Shown here: positions 18,892 to 28,732 of the stretch, one piece after another | How the letters are laid out: each line of letters opens with the position of its first letter | Position numbering within the stretch: position 1 is the stretch's first letter | Source of the DNA: Candidatus Giovannonibacteria bacterium | GTDB lineage: Bacteria; Patescibacteriota; Minisyncoccia; UBA11713; 2-01-FULL-45-33 | Assembly: GCA_016432405.1 (NCBI GenBank) | Contig: CP066687.1 | Span: 347,040-411,039 of the forward strand | Direction: 5' to 3' | Length of the DNA: 64,000 nt | Position numbers and translations under genes: made by a program | Notes under the pieces: generated by a model | Database searches by the model: none | What the model saw: the letters and a program-made list of their open reading frames with translations, nothing else | What the model was told of the DNA's origin: nothing

Positions 18892-20286
18892 ATGCGCACT
18901 CTGGCCAAAGACGCGGTAAATAAAATAGGCGAGGAAGTTACGCTGATGGGCTGGGTTGCGGCGAGGCGCGACCACGGTAGGATTATTTTTATTGACTTGC
19001 GCGACAGATGGGGGGTGGCGCAGGTTGTATTCAGCCCAAAAAATAAAGAGCTTTTAAAATTAGCGGACGGTCTTCGCTCCGAATGGGTCGTCAAAATTGA
19101 AGGAGCTGTAAGAGAGAGGCCGGGCGGAATGCAAAATCTGGAGCTTCCAACCGGCAACATAGAAATTGAAGCGACTAAACTTGAAATTCTGGCCGAAGCC
19201 AAAACGCCGCCGTTTGATATCTCAAGCGACGGACATGAGATAGGTGAGGACAATCGCCTGAAATACCGCTATTTGGATTTAAGAAGGCCGCGGCTCTTAA
19301 AAAATTTAACGATGCGTGATAAAATCATTGCTTTTATGCGCGAGTGGCTTCATCAAAAAGATTTTATTGAAATAGAAACGCCGATTTTAACAAAATCCAC
19401 TCCGGAAGGCGCGAGGGATTATGTAGTGCCATCGCGGCTCCACACCGGGCAGTTTTATGCCCTTCCGCAGTCGCCGCAGCAATATAAACAGCTTTTGATG
19501 GTTGCCGGGATTGAAAGATATTTTCAGATAGCAAGGTGTTTCCGGGACGAAGACACGAGAGGCGACCGCCAGCCGGAATTCACCCAGCTTGATTTGGAAG
19601 TGAGCTTCGCGAGCCAGGAGGAAATTCTGGTTCTTACCGAAGAAATTTACACTGGAATTATTGAGGCGCTTTATCCTGATAAAAAAATATCGCAAAAGCC
19701 GTTTCCGCGCATTAGCTACACAGAAACGATGGAAAAATATGGCACGGATAAGCCGGATTTAAGAAAAAATAGAGATGACAACAACGAGCTCGCCTTCGCG
19801 TTTATAGTTGGTTTCCCGATGTTTGGGTGGAAGGAAACGGAAAAACGCTGGGACGCCGTGCACCACCCGTTCACGAAAATCCGATCCGCCGACTGGCGGA
19901 CAGAAATAAATAAAGAAAACGCCGGAAATTTAGCGGCCCAGCAGTATGATTTTGTCTTAAACGGCTGCGAGATTGGCGGCGGGTCAATCCGCGAGCATAA
20001 TCCCGAAATTCTGGAGAAAGTTTTTGAAATTATGGGGAACAAAAAAGAAGACATCCGCCGCCAGTTTGGGCATCTTTTAGAATCTTTTGAATACGGGGTC
20101 CCGCCGCACGGAGGAATCGCCTCGGGGATTGACCGGCTGGTCATGATTTTGGAGGGCGAACCGAGCATCCGCGAAGTAATCGCGTTTCCCAAAACCGGCG
20201 ACGGGAGGGATTTGATGATGGACTCTCCTTCGGAGATTTCAAAAAAGCAGCTTAAAGAGCTCCGCATAAAAATTGAGAAAAAATAG
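18892..20286 (+). CDS. aspS: Aspartyl-tRNA synthetase (compact, no GAD insertion)
   Basis: RRDHG, PQSPQQYKQ, RQPEFTQLD, PPHGGIA. Confidence 0.97.
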   Translation: MRTLAKDAVNKIGEEVTLMGWVAARRDHGRIIFIDLRDRWGVAQVVFSPKNKELLKLADGLRSEWVVKIEGAVRERPGGMQNLELPTGNIEIEATKLEILAEAKTPPFDISSDGHEIGEDNRLKYRYLDLRRPRLLKNLTMRDKIIAFMREWLHQKDFIEIETPILTKSTPEGARDYVVPSRLHTGQFYALPQSPQQYKQLLMVAGIERYFQIARCFRDEDTRGDRQPEFTQLDLEVSFASQEEILVLTEEIYTGIIEALYPDKKISQKPFPRISYTETMEKYGTDKPDLRKNRDDNNELAFAFIVGFPMFGWKETEKRWDAVHHPFTKIRSADWRTEINKENAGNLAAQQYDFVLNGCEIGGGSIREHNPEILEKVFEIMGNKKEDIRRQFGHLLESFEYGVPPHGGIASGIDRLVMILEGEPSIREVIAFPKTGDGRDLMMDSPSEISKKQLKELRIKIEKK

Positions 20287-20328
20287 TTTTATTTCACAAT
20301 AAATAAATTCGCTACAATATTTAATTTA

Positions 20329-20362
20329 CTAAGGCATTTTGACGACCGTTAAGTTGTCTTAG
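20329..20362. promoter_or_regulatory. 34-bp palindromic site downstream of PaaX-like gene 2
   Basis: CTAAGGCATTTTGA-CGACCG-TTAAGTTGTCTTAG. Confidence 0.75.
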
Positions 20363-20388
20363 TGGATTTAAATTGGTGGAAAAGACGA

Positions 20389-20961
20389 TTAAGTTAATTC
20401 TTTTACGGAACCGGCTTTGGATACTTCTAAAATATGAACAAAATTTAAGAGGTTTTTGTCTTTAAGATCAGATAAAAATTCTTGATTAATCTTATTTTTG
20501 CCAAACCACACGCTTTTCTGCAACATTCTAAAACCTAAAGCCAATAATGCCTCTCTTAGCTAAGCGCGTTGTTTTTTCAATCTTTCTGGTATGTCAAAAA
20601 TTATGATTTTGATCTTATTATCTGACGCCGGCGTGTAATTTATTTTATTGTCTTTAAACCATCGTAGCTTATCTAAGCCCGTAGCGATTATATTCCATAA
20701 AGAACCGCTAATACTTTTCTTTTTCACTATAAATCCTTGTCGTTTTAACCCATTAAGCAATGAATAAAAACACTGTGTTTCAGATGACGACGAATGCGCA
20801 AAAACTTGTCTAGGCATCTGGCCACCGAATAATCTGCTTCTAGCCCTTCTATAAGATTCTGGATAATTAAAAAATTCGTCTAGAATCTCGACTGTTAGCA
20901 ATGCGCCATTTCCCAGTGTTTTTAGAATTAATTCTGCCTTACTGCCTCTTTTCATAAGCAT
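20389..20961 (-). pseudogene. PaaX-like regulator copy 2 with an internal TAG (20560-20562) at a conserved Trp position
   Basis: ...IIIFDIPERLKKQRA*LREALLALGFRMLQKSVWFG...VKELT; frame continues to 20389. Confidence 0.85.
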
Positions 20962-20967
20962 AGTTTA

Positions 20968-21001
20968 CTAAACTAACTAAACGGTCGTCAAGTTGCTTTA
21001 G
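20968..21001. promoter_or_regulatory. 34-bp palindromic site upstream of PaaX-like gene 2, overlapping its promoter
   Basis: CTAAACTAACTAAA-CGGTCG-TCAAGTTGCTTTAG; minus strand TTGACG-18-TAAACT. Confidence 0.75.
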
Positions 21002-21094
21002 TATATAATGGGTTGGCCAATTTTTGTTTCAATGATAAGAAAAACGCAGTTTGGTTTGATATTTTTGTTTGCTTAGGATAAGATATCTAAATTG

Positions 21095-21793
21095 ATGACA
21101 TATCAACTTACTTTAGAAAAATTTTCGGGGCCGCTGGATTTGCTTTTGAACCTTGTTGAAGAAGACAAGCTCTCCGTAAATGAAATTTCGCTCGCAAAAA
21201 TCGCGGAGCAGTATATTGCGTATTTAAAATCTTTGGAAGAAATGCCGAAAGAAGAATTGGCGGAGTTTTTGGTAATTGCCTCAACCTTAATGCTGATAAA
21301 ATCTCGCTCGCTGATTCCGGGGATTAAACTTTCAGAGGAGGAGGAGTTGGACATCCATGAGCTGGAAAATAGGTTAAGAACATATAAATTTTTTAAAGAG
21401 CTTTCTTTGCATATTAAAAATTTAAATAAGGAGAATCTGCATCTTTTCGGAAGAGAGGCCTACGCTGGAATGTCAGCAGTGTTTTTTCCACCCGAAGGGC
21501 TAACCCTAGCAATTCTTAAAAAAACCCTGGTTGAGATTTTGGAGGCCGTTCCGCAAAAAGAGGGCCTGCCGGAAGAAGCAATTTTAAAGACTGTCTCTCT
21601 GGAAGATAAAATGGAAGAGTTAAAAAATCGGCTTGAGCGGTTTATGCAGTTTACTTTCTCTGGCGGAGAAGAAAAAACTGATGTTATCGTGAGCTTTCTC
21701 GCCGCGCTTGAGCTTATCAGGCAGGGGTTTATGATATTTGAGCAAAAAAAATTATTTGGCAGCATTGAGCTTAAGAAAAATCACAATGGATGA
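21095..21793 (+). CDS. scpA: Segregation/condensation protein A
   Basis: FSGPLDLLL, FLAALEL. Confidence 0.93.
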   Translation: MTYQLTLEKFSGPLDLLLNLVEEDKLSVNEISLAKIAEQYIAYLKSLEEMPKEELAEFLVIASTLMLIKSRSLIPGIKLSEEEELDIHELENRLRTYKFFKELSLHIKNLNKENLHLFGREAYAGMSAVFFPPEGLTLAILKKTLVEILEAVPQKEGLPEEAILKTVSLEDKMEELKNRLERFMQFTFSGGEEKTDVIVSFLAALELIRQGFMIFEQKKLFGSIELKKNHNG

Positions 21794-22331
21794 ACTTGCT
21801 AAAAAAATAGAAGCGCTGCTGTTTGTTTCCGGCGAGGGGATGGCGATTTCACGCCTCGCCTCGCTTCTTAAAAAAAATGAAAAGGAGATAAGAGAATCTT
21901 TGGATTGGTTGGAAAAACATTTGGCAGGGGAGCATGCGCTCGCGATTCTCCGTGACCAGGATAGAGTTTCTTTGGTAAGCTCCAAAGAAGTATCCAAACT
22001 GGTGGAGGATTTTGCCAAAGAAGAATTCGCCGGCGAGCTCACGCGCGCCGCGCTGGAGACGCTTACAATCATATCCTACAAAGGGCCGCTGAAACGCTTT
22101 GACATAGATTATATACGCGGGGTGAACTCTTCTTTTATAATCCGCAATTTACTTATGCGCGGGCTGATTGAGCGCGTAAGAGACCAAAAGGACTCGCGCG
22201 CCTTTTTGTACAGAATTTCGGCGGATTTTCTTAAATTTTTGGGGGTTGCCTCAATCTCTGAACTGCCGGAGTACGGAAACTTCTCTCAAAAGCTTGATGA
22301 ATTTCTTAAGACCGCCTCCGAAACGGAATGA
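21786..22331 (+). CDS. scpB: Segregation/condensation protein B
   Basis: IEALLF, AALETL, IDYIRGVNS. Confidence 0.93.
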   Translation: MDELAKKIEALLFVSGEGMAISRLASLLKKNEKEIRESLDWLEKHLAGEHALAILRDQDRVSLVSSKEVSKLVEDFAKEEFAGELTRAALETLTIISYKGPLKRFDIDYIRGVNSSFIIRNLLMRGLIERVRDQKDSRAFLYRISADFLKFLGVASISELPEYGNFSQKLDEFLKTASETE

Positions 22332-23179
22332 AAATGAAGAAACCGACGATTTTTATCTCTGTGCTTTTATTTCTACTTATTTCTTTTTTTGTAAGAGTTG
22401 AGAAAAAAACCGCGTGGCCGGGTGTTTTGCCGCCTTCTCCGGAAATTGAAGCGAAGGCGGCTTTGGCTAAAGATTTGGTAAGCCACGAGGTTTTATTCAA
22501 GAAAAATGAAAAAGAGGCGTTGGCGCTGGCAAGCTTGGCTAAGATTATAAGCGCGCTTCTTGTGCTGGATAAAAATAAGCTGGACGAGGAAGTTGTCATA
22601 TCCCAAGACGCCGTGCTGGCTCCGGAACCGAGTTCTTTGAAGGTGGGGGAGCATTTTAAGGTAGGCGATCTTCTGGCGATGGTTATGGTTGAGTCCTCCA
22701 ATGACGCGATTTCCGCGCTTGTTGAGCACACAATTCAAAAAGAGAGCAAAGACCGCGATTGGTTTTTGGATTTAATGAGGCAAAAAGCGGAAGTATTTGA
22801 CGCGCTTTCAATGAATTTTTACAATATCTCCGGCCTTGATATTTCCGCAGAAATATCCGGCGGCTACGGCTCGGCGGAAGACGTCATGAAAATTGCCGAA
22901 TCCTCGCTCGGCTCGCCTTTGTGGCAGTTCGGGGAAGCGAGAGAAATAATTTCCCGCGAGAGGATAAAGCACGCGCTCAAGCCGACGAATAATCTTGCGC
23001 CGGAACTAACTCCTTTAATCGGCGCAAAAACCGGATACACGGATTTGGCGGGCGGAAATTTGCTGGTAATTGTTGAATATCCTATCGGCCACCCATTGGG
23101 AATTGTGGTTTTGGGCTCTTCGGAGCAGGGCCGTTTCTCTGACGTCAAAAAGATTTTGGAATGGATTAAAAGTCGCTAA
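22328..23179 (+). CDS. D-Ala-D-Ala carboxypeptidase (peptidase S11)
   Basis: SLAK (SxxK), SSN, KTG motifs. Confidence 0.9.
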   Translation: MKMKKPTIFISVLLFLLISFFVRVEKKTAWPGVLPPSPEIEAKAALAKDLVSHEVLFKKNEKEALALASLAKIISALLVLDKNKLDEEVVISQDAVLAPEPSSLKVGEHFKVGDLLAMVMVESSNDAISALVEHTIQKESKDRDWFLDLMRQKAEVFDALSMNFYNISGLDISAEISGGYGSAEDVMKIAESSLGSPLWQFGEAREIISRERIKHALKPTNNLAPELTPLIGAKTGYTDLAGGNLLVIVEYPIGHPLGIVVLGSSEQGRFSDVKKILEWIKSR

Positions 23180-23188
23180 GGAACACTT

Positions 23189-23272
23189 ACCCCTCCCACC
23201 CCACCCCTTGTAAAGGGGAGGGGTTTTTTAGTAAAAGCTCCCCTCCTTACGAAGGAGGGGGCTGGGGGAGGT
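23189..23272. repeat. REP-like GC-rich double hairpin
   Basis: CCCCTTGTAAAGGGG and CCCCTCCTTACGAAGGAGGGGG stems. Confidence 0.65.
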
Positions 23273-23395
23273 TATCAAAAAACCCTTATAAAATAAGGGT
23301 TTTTGAGGGCTTGACTTTATATCTAAACGGGTGTATAATAAAAGCAGGAAAACGGAATGTGCGCGAAAATCAACGCTCGCAAAAAAGGAGGATTT

Positions 23396-23806
23396 ATGTT
23401 CGCAAAATATCTACCGGTCATTGGGTGTGTCGGTATCGGGGTGTTCGTTGCAACTTTAGTAATCTGGAACCCACTTAGCCGCTTTTTTAAAGAAACCACT
23501 CAAACTCGGGAACAGTTCGCCACCGAGCTCGCCGAAACCAATCGGCAGGCCGATGTGGCAAGTCAGCTTCGGGCGGCGGAGAGAGGCGATTTGATCAAGA
23601 TGAGAAACGGTGCAGTTGCAGCTGTTTGGCGTGAGGTCAAAGAAGAATCCATACTTCTCGCTTGGGGAAGTTGCAATGAAAGCATGACTGAATATCCGTT
23701 GGATTTGCTTTCACGGCGCGCTGATGAGGTGATGAAGTATTACCCCCCGTCGCCTAAGTACGCGGAAGTAGCGGCTATTTATATACGCTGCGAGCGGGTA
23801 AAGTAG
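23396..23806 (+). CDS. Orphan membrane-anchored protein
   Basis: Promoter TTGACT-17-TATAAT, SD AAGGAGG, N-terminal TM, hairpin downstream. Confidence 0.7.
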   Translation: MFAKYLPVIGCVGIGVFVATLVIWNPLSRFFKETTQTREQFATELAETNRQADVASQLRAAERGDLIKMRNGAVAAVWREVKEESILLAWGSCNESMTEYPLDLLSRRADEVMKYYPPSPKYAEVAAIYIRCERVK

Positions 23807-23896
23807 TTTTAAGGCCGGTTCTTTGCGGAGATTCTATAAAAAGAGTCTTCGCGAGGGCCGGCTGTTTTTTATTCTAAAAATTGTTAAACTAAAATT

Positions 23897-24967
23897 ATGC
23901 AGCAGGATTTGATTTTGAACATCTATAAGGTGCTCGGGCTGGGAGGGTTTGCGTTTTTTTTGGGTGTGGCGCTGACGCCGATTCTGACGCATTTCCTTTA
24001 TAAATACAAAATGTGGCGGAAGGACGTCCGCACAACCTCTCCCGATGGCTCGCCGACGCCGATTTTTAACCAGCTCCACAAAGAGCGCGAGACGAAGGCC
24101 CCGCGGATGGGAGGCGTCTTAATTTGGGCGACGGTGCTTATTGTCGCCGCGATTTTCAGGGTTTTGCCGGTCGTTTCAGACGACCCGATTTTTTTAAAGC
24201 TTAATTTTCTTTCCCGCGGACAGACATGGGTGCCATTGGGAATTTTGTTTATGGGGGCGATGGTTGGGCTTTTGGATGATTTGACCTTGGTTTTTCAAAA
24301 AGGGGCATACCGCGGGGGCGGGCTTACTTTCACCAAAAGATTTTTTTTAATCACTATTATCGCGGCGTTTGGGGCTTATTGGTTTTATTTCAAATTGGGG
24401 CAGGATTCGGTTTTTGTCCCTGGGGTTGGAGATTTATGGCTGGGAGTTTATTTTATCCCGCTTTTTATTTTGGTTATGTGGGCGACTTTTTCGGGCGGGG
24501 TGATTGATGGCTTGGATGGGCTTTCGGGCGGAGTGTTCGCGGTAATTTTTTCCGCTTACGCCGGCATCGCTTTTTTTCAAGACCAGATAAACATTGCGGC
24601 GTTTTGCGCGGTTATCGCCGGCGCGATTTTGGCGTTTTTGTGGTTCAATATCCCGCCCGCCCGATTTTACATGTCGGAGACGGGCATCATGGCCCTAACC
24701 ACGACTTTGGCGACAGTGGCTTTCTTTATAAACGCGGTCGCCGTTTTGCCGATCATTGCCTTTCCGCTGGTTTTGGAATCGCTCTCCGTGATTATCCAGC
24801 TTTCCTCAAAAAAACTTTTTGGGCGCAAAGTGTTTTTGATTGCCCCAATTCATCATCATTTTGAGGCAGTCGGCTGGCCGGCCGAAAAGGTCGTCATGCG
24901 CTTCTGGGTGCTCTCAATCGTTTTCGCGATTTTGGGCATGATTTTGCATTTTGTAAGCAGGGTTTAA
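23897..24967 (+). CDS. mraY: Phospho-N-acetylmuramoyl-pentapeptide transferase
   Basis: PRMGG, DGLDGL, APIHHHFE. Confidence 0.95.
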   Translation: MQQDLILNIYKVLGLGGFAFFLGVALTPILTHFLYKYKMWRKDVRTTSPDGSPTPIFNQLHKERETKAPRMGGVLIWATVLIVAAIFRVLPVVSDDPIFLKLNFLSRGQTWVPLGILFMGAMVGLLDDLTLVFQKGAYRGGGLTFTKRFFLITIIAAFGAYWFYFKLGQDSVFVPGVGDLWLGVYFIPLFILVMWATFSGGVIDGLDGLSGGVFAVIFSAYAGIAFFQDQINIAAFCAVIAGAILAFLWFNIPPARFYMSETGIMALTTTLATVAFFINAVAVLPIIAFPLVLESLSVIIQLSSKKLFGRKVFLIAPIHHHFEAVGWPAEKVVMRFWVLSIVFAILGMILHFVSRV

Positions 24968-24970
24968 ATC

Positions 24971-26515
24971 ATGGCTTTTTCTATTTTGATAAAAAACGGG
25001 ACGGTGCTGGATGGTTCAGGAGGCGCGCCTTATTTGGCTGACGTGGGTATCTCGGCCAATCGCATCGTAAAAATTGGAAATCTTTCAGATGAGGCGGCCG
25101 AGCAAATTATTGACGCCACCAATCTCTACGTAACCCCGGGTTTTGTGGACATTACCAACCACTCCGATGTTTACGGCACGCTTTTTTCCGTGCCTTCCCA
25201 GGAAAGCTTATTGCGGCAAGGGATAACGACGATTTTGCTCGGAAATTGCGGAGAATCTTTGGCGCCGGTGGTAAAGCGCGAGTCGCTTTTTGGGCTTGAG
25301 CGCTGGACAACTGGATTTTCCGTGCCGATAAACTGGAACTCCCTCCCGGAGTATTATGAAAACATAGAACGTCTCGGTGTCGGGGTTAACGTCGCGACAT
25401 TGGTGGGCCATGAAACCCTGAAAAGAAACGCGAATTCCAAAGATGAGCGGCTGTTTCTCTTGGAAAAATCCTTGGCTGAAGGCGCTTGGGGGATGAGCAG
25501 CAATTTTTCTTTCGCGGATTGGAACGGAGACGAGGAGGACGAGCTTCTTGGATTGCTCAGCGCAGTAAAAAAACAAGGCGGACTTTACAAAGTGCATATC
25601 CGCGATGAAGGCAAAAACTTTCTGCCGTCCGTGTCTTCTGTGGTTTCCTTGGCGCGAAAAAGTTCCGTGCGCACGGTGATTTCCCACTTCAAGGCGGTTG
25701 GCAGGGGAGCTTGGACTGACTTTGGGGGAGCGCTTGGAATAATAAACGCCGCCCGAAATGAAGGAGTGGAAATATCTTTTGACGTCTTCCCATATCTTCG
25801 CACGGGTTCAATGCTTGTTTCTCTTTTGCCGACCTGGGCAAGGGAAGGCGGGAGCGAAGATGTTTTAAAAAAACTTGGCGACCCGGCAATAGCGGCAAAA
25901 ATCCTGGCCGAACTCAAATCGGCGACGTTGCACCCGAAAAGAATTCTTGTTGCCTCCGCTCTCAACGACAAAAGCGCCGTCGGCAAGGATTTGGGAGAGC
26001 TTTCGGAGAAAACCGGCATTGAACCGGAGGCGCTTCTGGTTGAGCTTTTGAAAATAAACGACTTGAATGTTTCCATATTTGGCAAAACCTTAAATGAACC
26101 GAATCTGCTTGCGGGCGCAAAATACGCCGGGAGCATAATCGCTTCCGACGGCGCCGGATATGATGTTGCAGAGAGCCGTTTCGGGAACTTGGCGCACCCG
26201 CGGTCTTTCGGCGCTTTCCCGAGGTTCTTTAATTTAATATCTGCCAGGGCGAAAATTCCTTTGGGCAACGCAGTCGCCAAAATGACTTCTCTGCCGGCAA
26301 GGGCAGCCGGGTTCGGCGACCGCGGCCTTTTGAAACCGAAATATATTGCCGACGTCGCAATTTTTCATCCTGAAGAATTTAAAGACCGAGCGACTTATAA
26401 AAATCCTTACAGATACGCGTCAGGACTCCGTTTTCTCTTGATTTCCGGCAAGTTTGCCATTGAGGACGGAGCGGTTTTGCCGGAAAGGTACGGAGTGGTT
26501 CTAAGAAAAAAATGA
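24971..26515 (+). CDS. N-acyl-D-amino-acid deacylase-like amidohydrolase
   Basis: TPGFVD, GNCG, HIRDEG, SHFK, ASDG, HPRSFGAFPR. Confidence 0.85.
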   Translation: MAFSILIKNGTVLDGSGGAPYLADVGISANRIVKIGNLSDEAAEQIIDATNLYVTPGFVDITNHSDVYGTLFSVPSQESLLRQGITTILLGNCGESLAPVVKRESLFGLERWTTGFSVPINWNSLPEYYENIERLGVGVNVATLVGHETLKRNANSKDERLFLLEKSLAEGAWGMSSNFSFADWNGDEEDELLGLLSAVKKQGGLYKVHIRDEGKNFLPSVSSVVSLARKSSVRTVISHFKAVGRGAWTDFGGALGIINAARNEGVEISFDVFPYLRTGSMLVSLLPTWAREGGSEDVLKKLGDPAIAAKILAELKSATLHPKRILVASALNDKSAVGKDLGELSEKTGIEPEALLVELLKINDLNVSIFGKTLNEPNLLAGAKYAGSIIASDGAGYDVAESRFGNLAHPRSFGAFPRFFNLISARAKIPLGNAVAKMTSLPARAAGFGDRGLLKPKYIADVAIFHPEEFKDRATYKNPYRYASGLRFLLISGKFAIEDGAVLPERYGVVLRKK

Positions 26516-26516
26516 A

Positions 26517-27614
26517 ATGAGGAGGGCTGGCTCGTACGATAAAATATTTTTCTTCCTTTCAATTTTTCTCACTCTTTTCGGGCTTTTTATTTTGGCGTCC
26601 GCGTCAATCGGGTTTTCAATGTCCAAATTCGGCTCGCCGTATTATTATTTTCTGCACCAAGTCCTCTACGGCGTTTTGCCGGGTCTCGCGCTGCTTTGGG
26701 CAACATATAAAATCCCCTACGAAAAATGGAAAAAATTCGCGTTGCCCCTTCTGCTTTTAGCGATTTTTCTGATGTCTTTGGTTTTAATCCCCGGCATCGG
26801 GCTTCTCCACGGCGGCGCAAGGCGCTGGCTGGCTTTTGGGGGCGTGTCTTTCCAGCCGGCTGAATTTTTAAAGCTGGCTTACATTATATACCTAGCCGCC
26901 TGGATTGAGTCCAAATCAAAATCCATATCCTCTTTTAAATTTGGCCTCCTGCCTTTTGCCATTATGAGCGCTTTCATCGCTTCTTTTTTGGTTATGCAGC
27001 CGGATATCGGAACTTTGATGGTTTTGATGATTTCGGTTTTGGCCCTCTTTTTTATAAGCGGAGGAAGTTTTAGGCAGATAGCTTTGCTTTCCGCCGTCGG
27101 GTTGGTTATTATAAGTGTACTCGTGGCGGTTGAGCCATACCGCAGAGAACGTTTGAAAGTTTTTTTAGATCGTCAAAGCGATCTCCAAGGAAGCGGTTAC
27201 CAGATAAATCAGGCGCTTATCGCCGTGGGCTCCGGGGGGCTTTTTGGCAGAGGGCTTGGGCTCTCGCGCCAGAAGTTCAGCTATTTGCCTGAGCCGATAG
27301 GGGATTCAATTTTCGCGGTTTTTGCTGAAGAGCTCGGTTTTTTGGGCGCGATTTCGTTCCTCGGAGCGTTCCTTTTATTTTTTTTGAGGGGCATGTGGAT
27401 GGCCAGCCGGGCGCCGGATATTTTTGGAAGTATGCTATGCGCCGGAATTTTATTTTTAATCATGTTTCAGGTTTTAATAAACATATCCGCAATAATCGGG
27501 CTTATGCCGCTTACGGGGATACCTCTTCCTTTCGTAAGCTACGGCGGATCTGCTTTGGCGCTTACTTTAGCCGAGGTCGGCATTATTCTTAACATCTCCA
27601 GAAGAAAAAAATGA
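26517..27614 (+). CDS. ftsW: SEDS protein FtsW
   Basis: GARRW, FQPAEFLK, LPLTGIPLPFVSYGGS; upstream of murG. Confidence 0.93.
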   Translation: MRRAGSYDKIFFFLSIFLTLFGLFILASASIGFSMSKFGSPYYYFLHQVLYGVLPGLALLWATYKIPYEKWKKFALPLLLLAIFLMSLVLIPGIGLLHGGARRWLAFGGVSFQPAEFLKLAYIIYLAAWIESKSKSISSFKFGLLPFAIMSAFIASFLVMQPDIGTLMVLMISVLALFFISGGSFRQIALLSAVGLVIISVLVAVEPYRRERLKVFLDRQSDLQGSGYQINQALIAVGSGGLFGRGLGLSRQKFSYLPEPIGDSIFAVFAEELGFLGAISFLGAFLLFFLRGMWMASRAPDIFGSMLCAGILFLIMFQVLINISAIIGLMPLTGIPLPFVSYGGSALALTLAEVGIILNISRRKK

Positions 27615-28732
27615 AAATAGTTTTTACTGGCGGCGGGACTGGCGGACATTTCTACCCACTGATTGCTGTCGCCAGATCTCTCAAAAAGATTGCCGAATCA
27701 GAAAACATAGCGCGGCTGGATTTATTTTTTGTCTCGGATGAACCGGCGGACAAAGAACTTTTGCTGGCCGAGGATATAAAATTTATAAAAATCCCGGCGG
27801 GCAAAATGAGAAGGTATTTTTCCTTAAGGTATTTGCCCGATACCTTCAAGACCGTCGTCGGCGTGTTTTTGGCTTTTTGGAGGGTGTATCTCTTGATGCC
27901 GGATGTCATTTTTTCAAAAGGCGGCTACGCCAGTTTTCCGACCTTGCTTGCCGCGCGCGTTTTAAAAATCCCGGTTATAGTCCACGAGTCCGACGCCGTC
28001 CCCGGTCTTGTAAGCCGCTGGACCGGCGGGTGGGCGAAGCGGATAGCGCTTTCCTTCGCAGAAGCGGCGAAGTATTTCCCCGGCAAAAATGCGGCTGTTA
28101 CTGGTAACCCTGTCCGCCAGCAGATAATCGGCGGGAATCTGGCAGAGGCGGTTGAATATTTTAAATTGGAAGAGGGGACTCCTGTGATTTTGGTTTTAGG
28201 CTCGTCGCAGGGTTCGGAGAAAATAAACGAAACCGCGCTCGCTATGCTTCCTGACGCGGTTAAAAAATACCAAATCATACACCAGACCGGACGAAGCAAC
28301 TTTGAAGACGTCTCCGGGCGCGCGCGGGTTATTTTGGCAAAAAGCGAATATAAAAGCAGATACCATCCATATGGCTTTTTGGGGGAAGGGGAGCTCCGGA
28401 ACGCTTCGCGGGCCGCAAGCATAATCGTCTCAAGGGCCTCTTCCATGATTTTTGAGATAGCCGCTTGGGGGGCTCCCGCGATTTTAATACCGCTTTCTTC
28501 CGCGGCGCAGGACCACCAGCGGGAAAACGCTTACATTTACGCCAGATTCGGCGGAGCCGAAGTGATAGAAGAGACGAACCTTACGCCGCATTTGCTTTTG
28601 TCGGAGATTGATAAGATTTTGGCTGACCCGGAAAAAGTCAAAAAAATGAAACTTGCCGCGCAGGCCTTCGCCCGCCTGGACGCCGCCGATAAAATCGCAA
28701 AAGAAATAATTAAATTGGGAGTCCATGAATAG
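27611..28732 (+). CDS. murG: MurG glycosyltransferase
   Basis: GGGTGGHFYP, KGGYAS, TGNPVR, HQRENA. Confidence 0.97.
   Translation: MKIVFTGGGTGGHFYPLIAVARSLKKIAESENIARLDLFFVSDEPADKELLLAEDIKFIKIPAGKMRRYFSLRYLPDTFKTVVGVFLAFWRVYLLMPDVIFSKGGYASFPTLLAARVLKIPVIVHESDAVPGLVSRWTGGWAKRIALSFAEAAKYFPGKNAAVTGNPVRQQIIGGNLAEAVEYFKLEEGTPVILVLGSSQGSEKINETALAMLPDAVKKYQIIHQTGRSNFEDVSGRARVILAKSEYKSRYHPYGFLGEGELRNASRAASIIVSRASSMIFEIAAWGAPAILIPLSSAAQDHQRENAYIYARFGGAEVIEETNLTPHLLLSEIDKILADPEKVKKMKLAAQAFARLDAADKIAKEIIKLGVHE

Noticed and set aside
20560-20562. Alternative genetic code (stop-codon reassignment)
   Set aside because: Only one internal TAG; TAG, TGA and TAA all terminate conserved genes normally (rpsI TAG, rpsK TGA).
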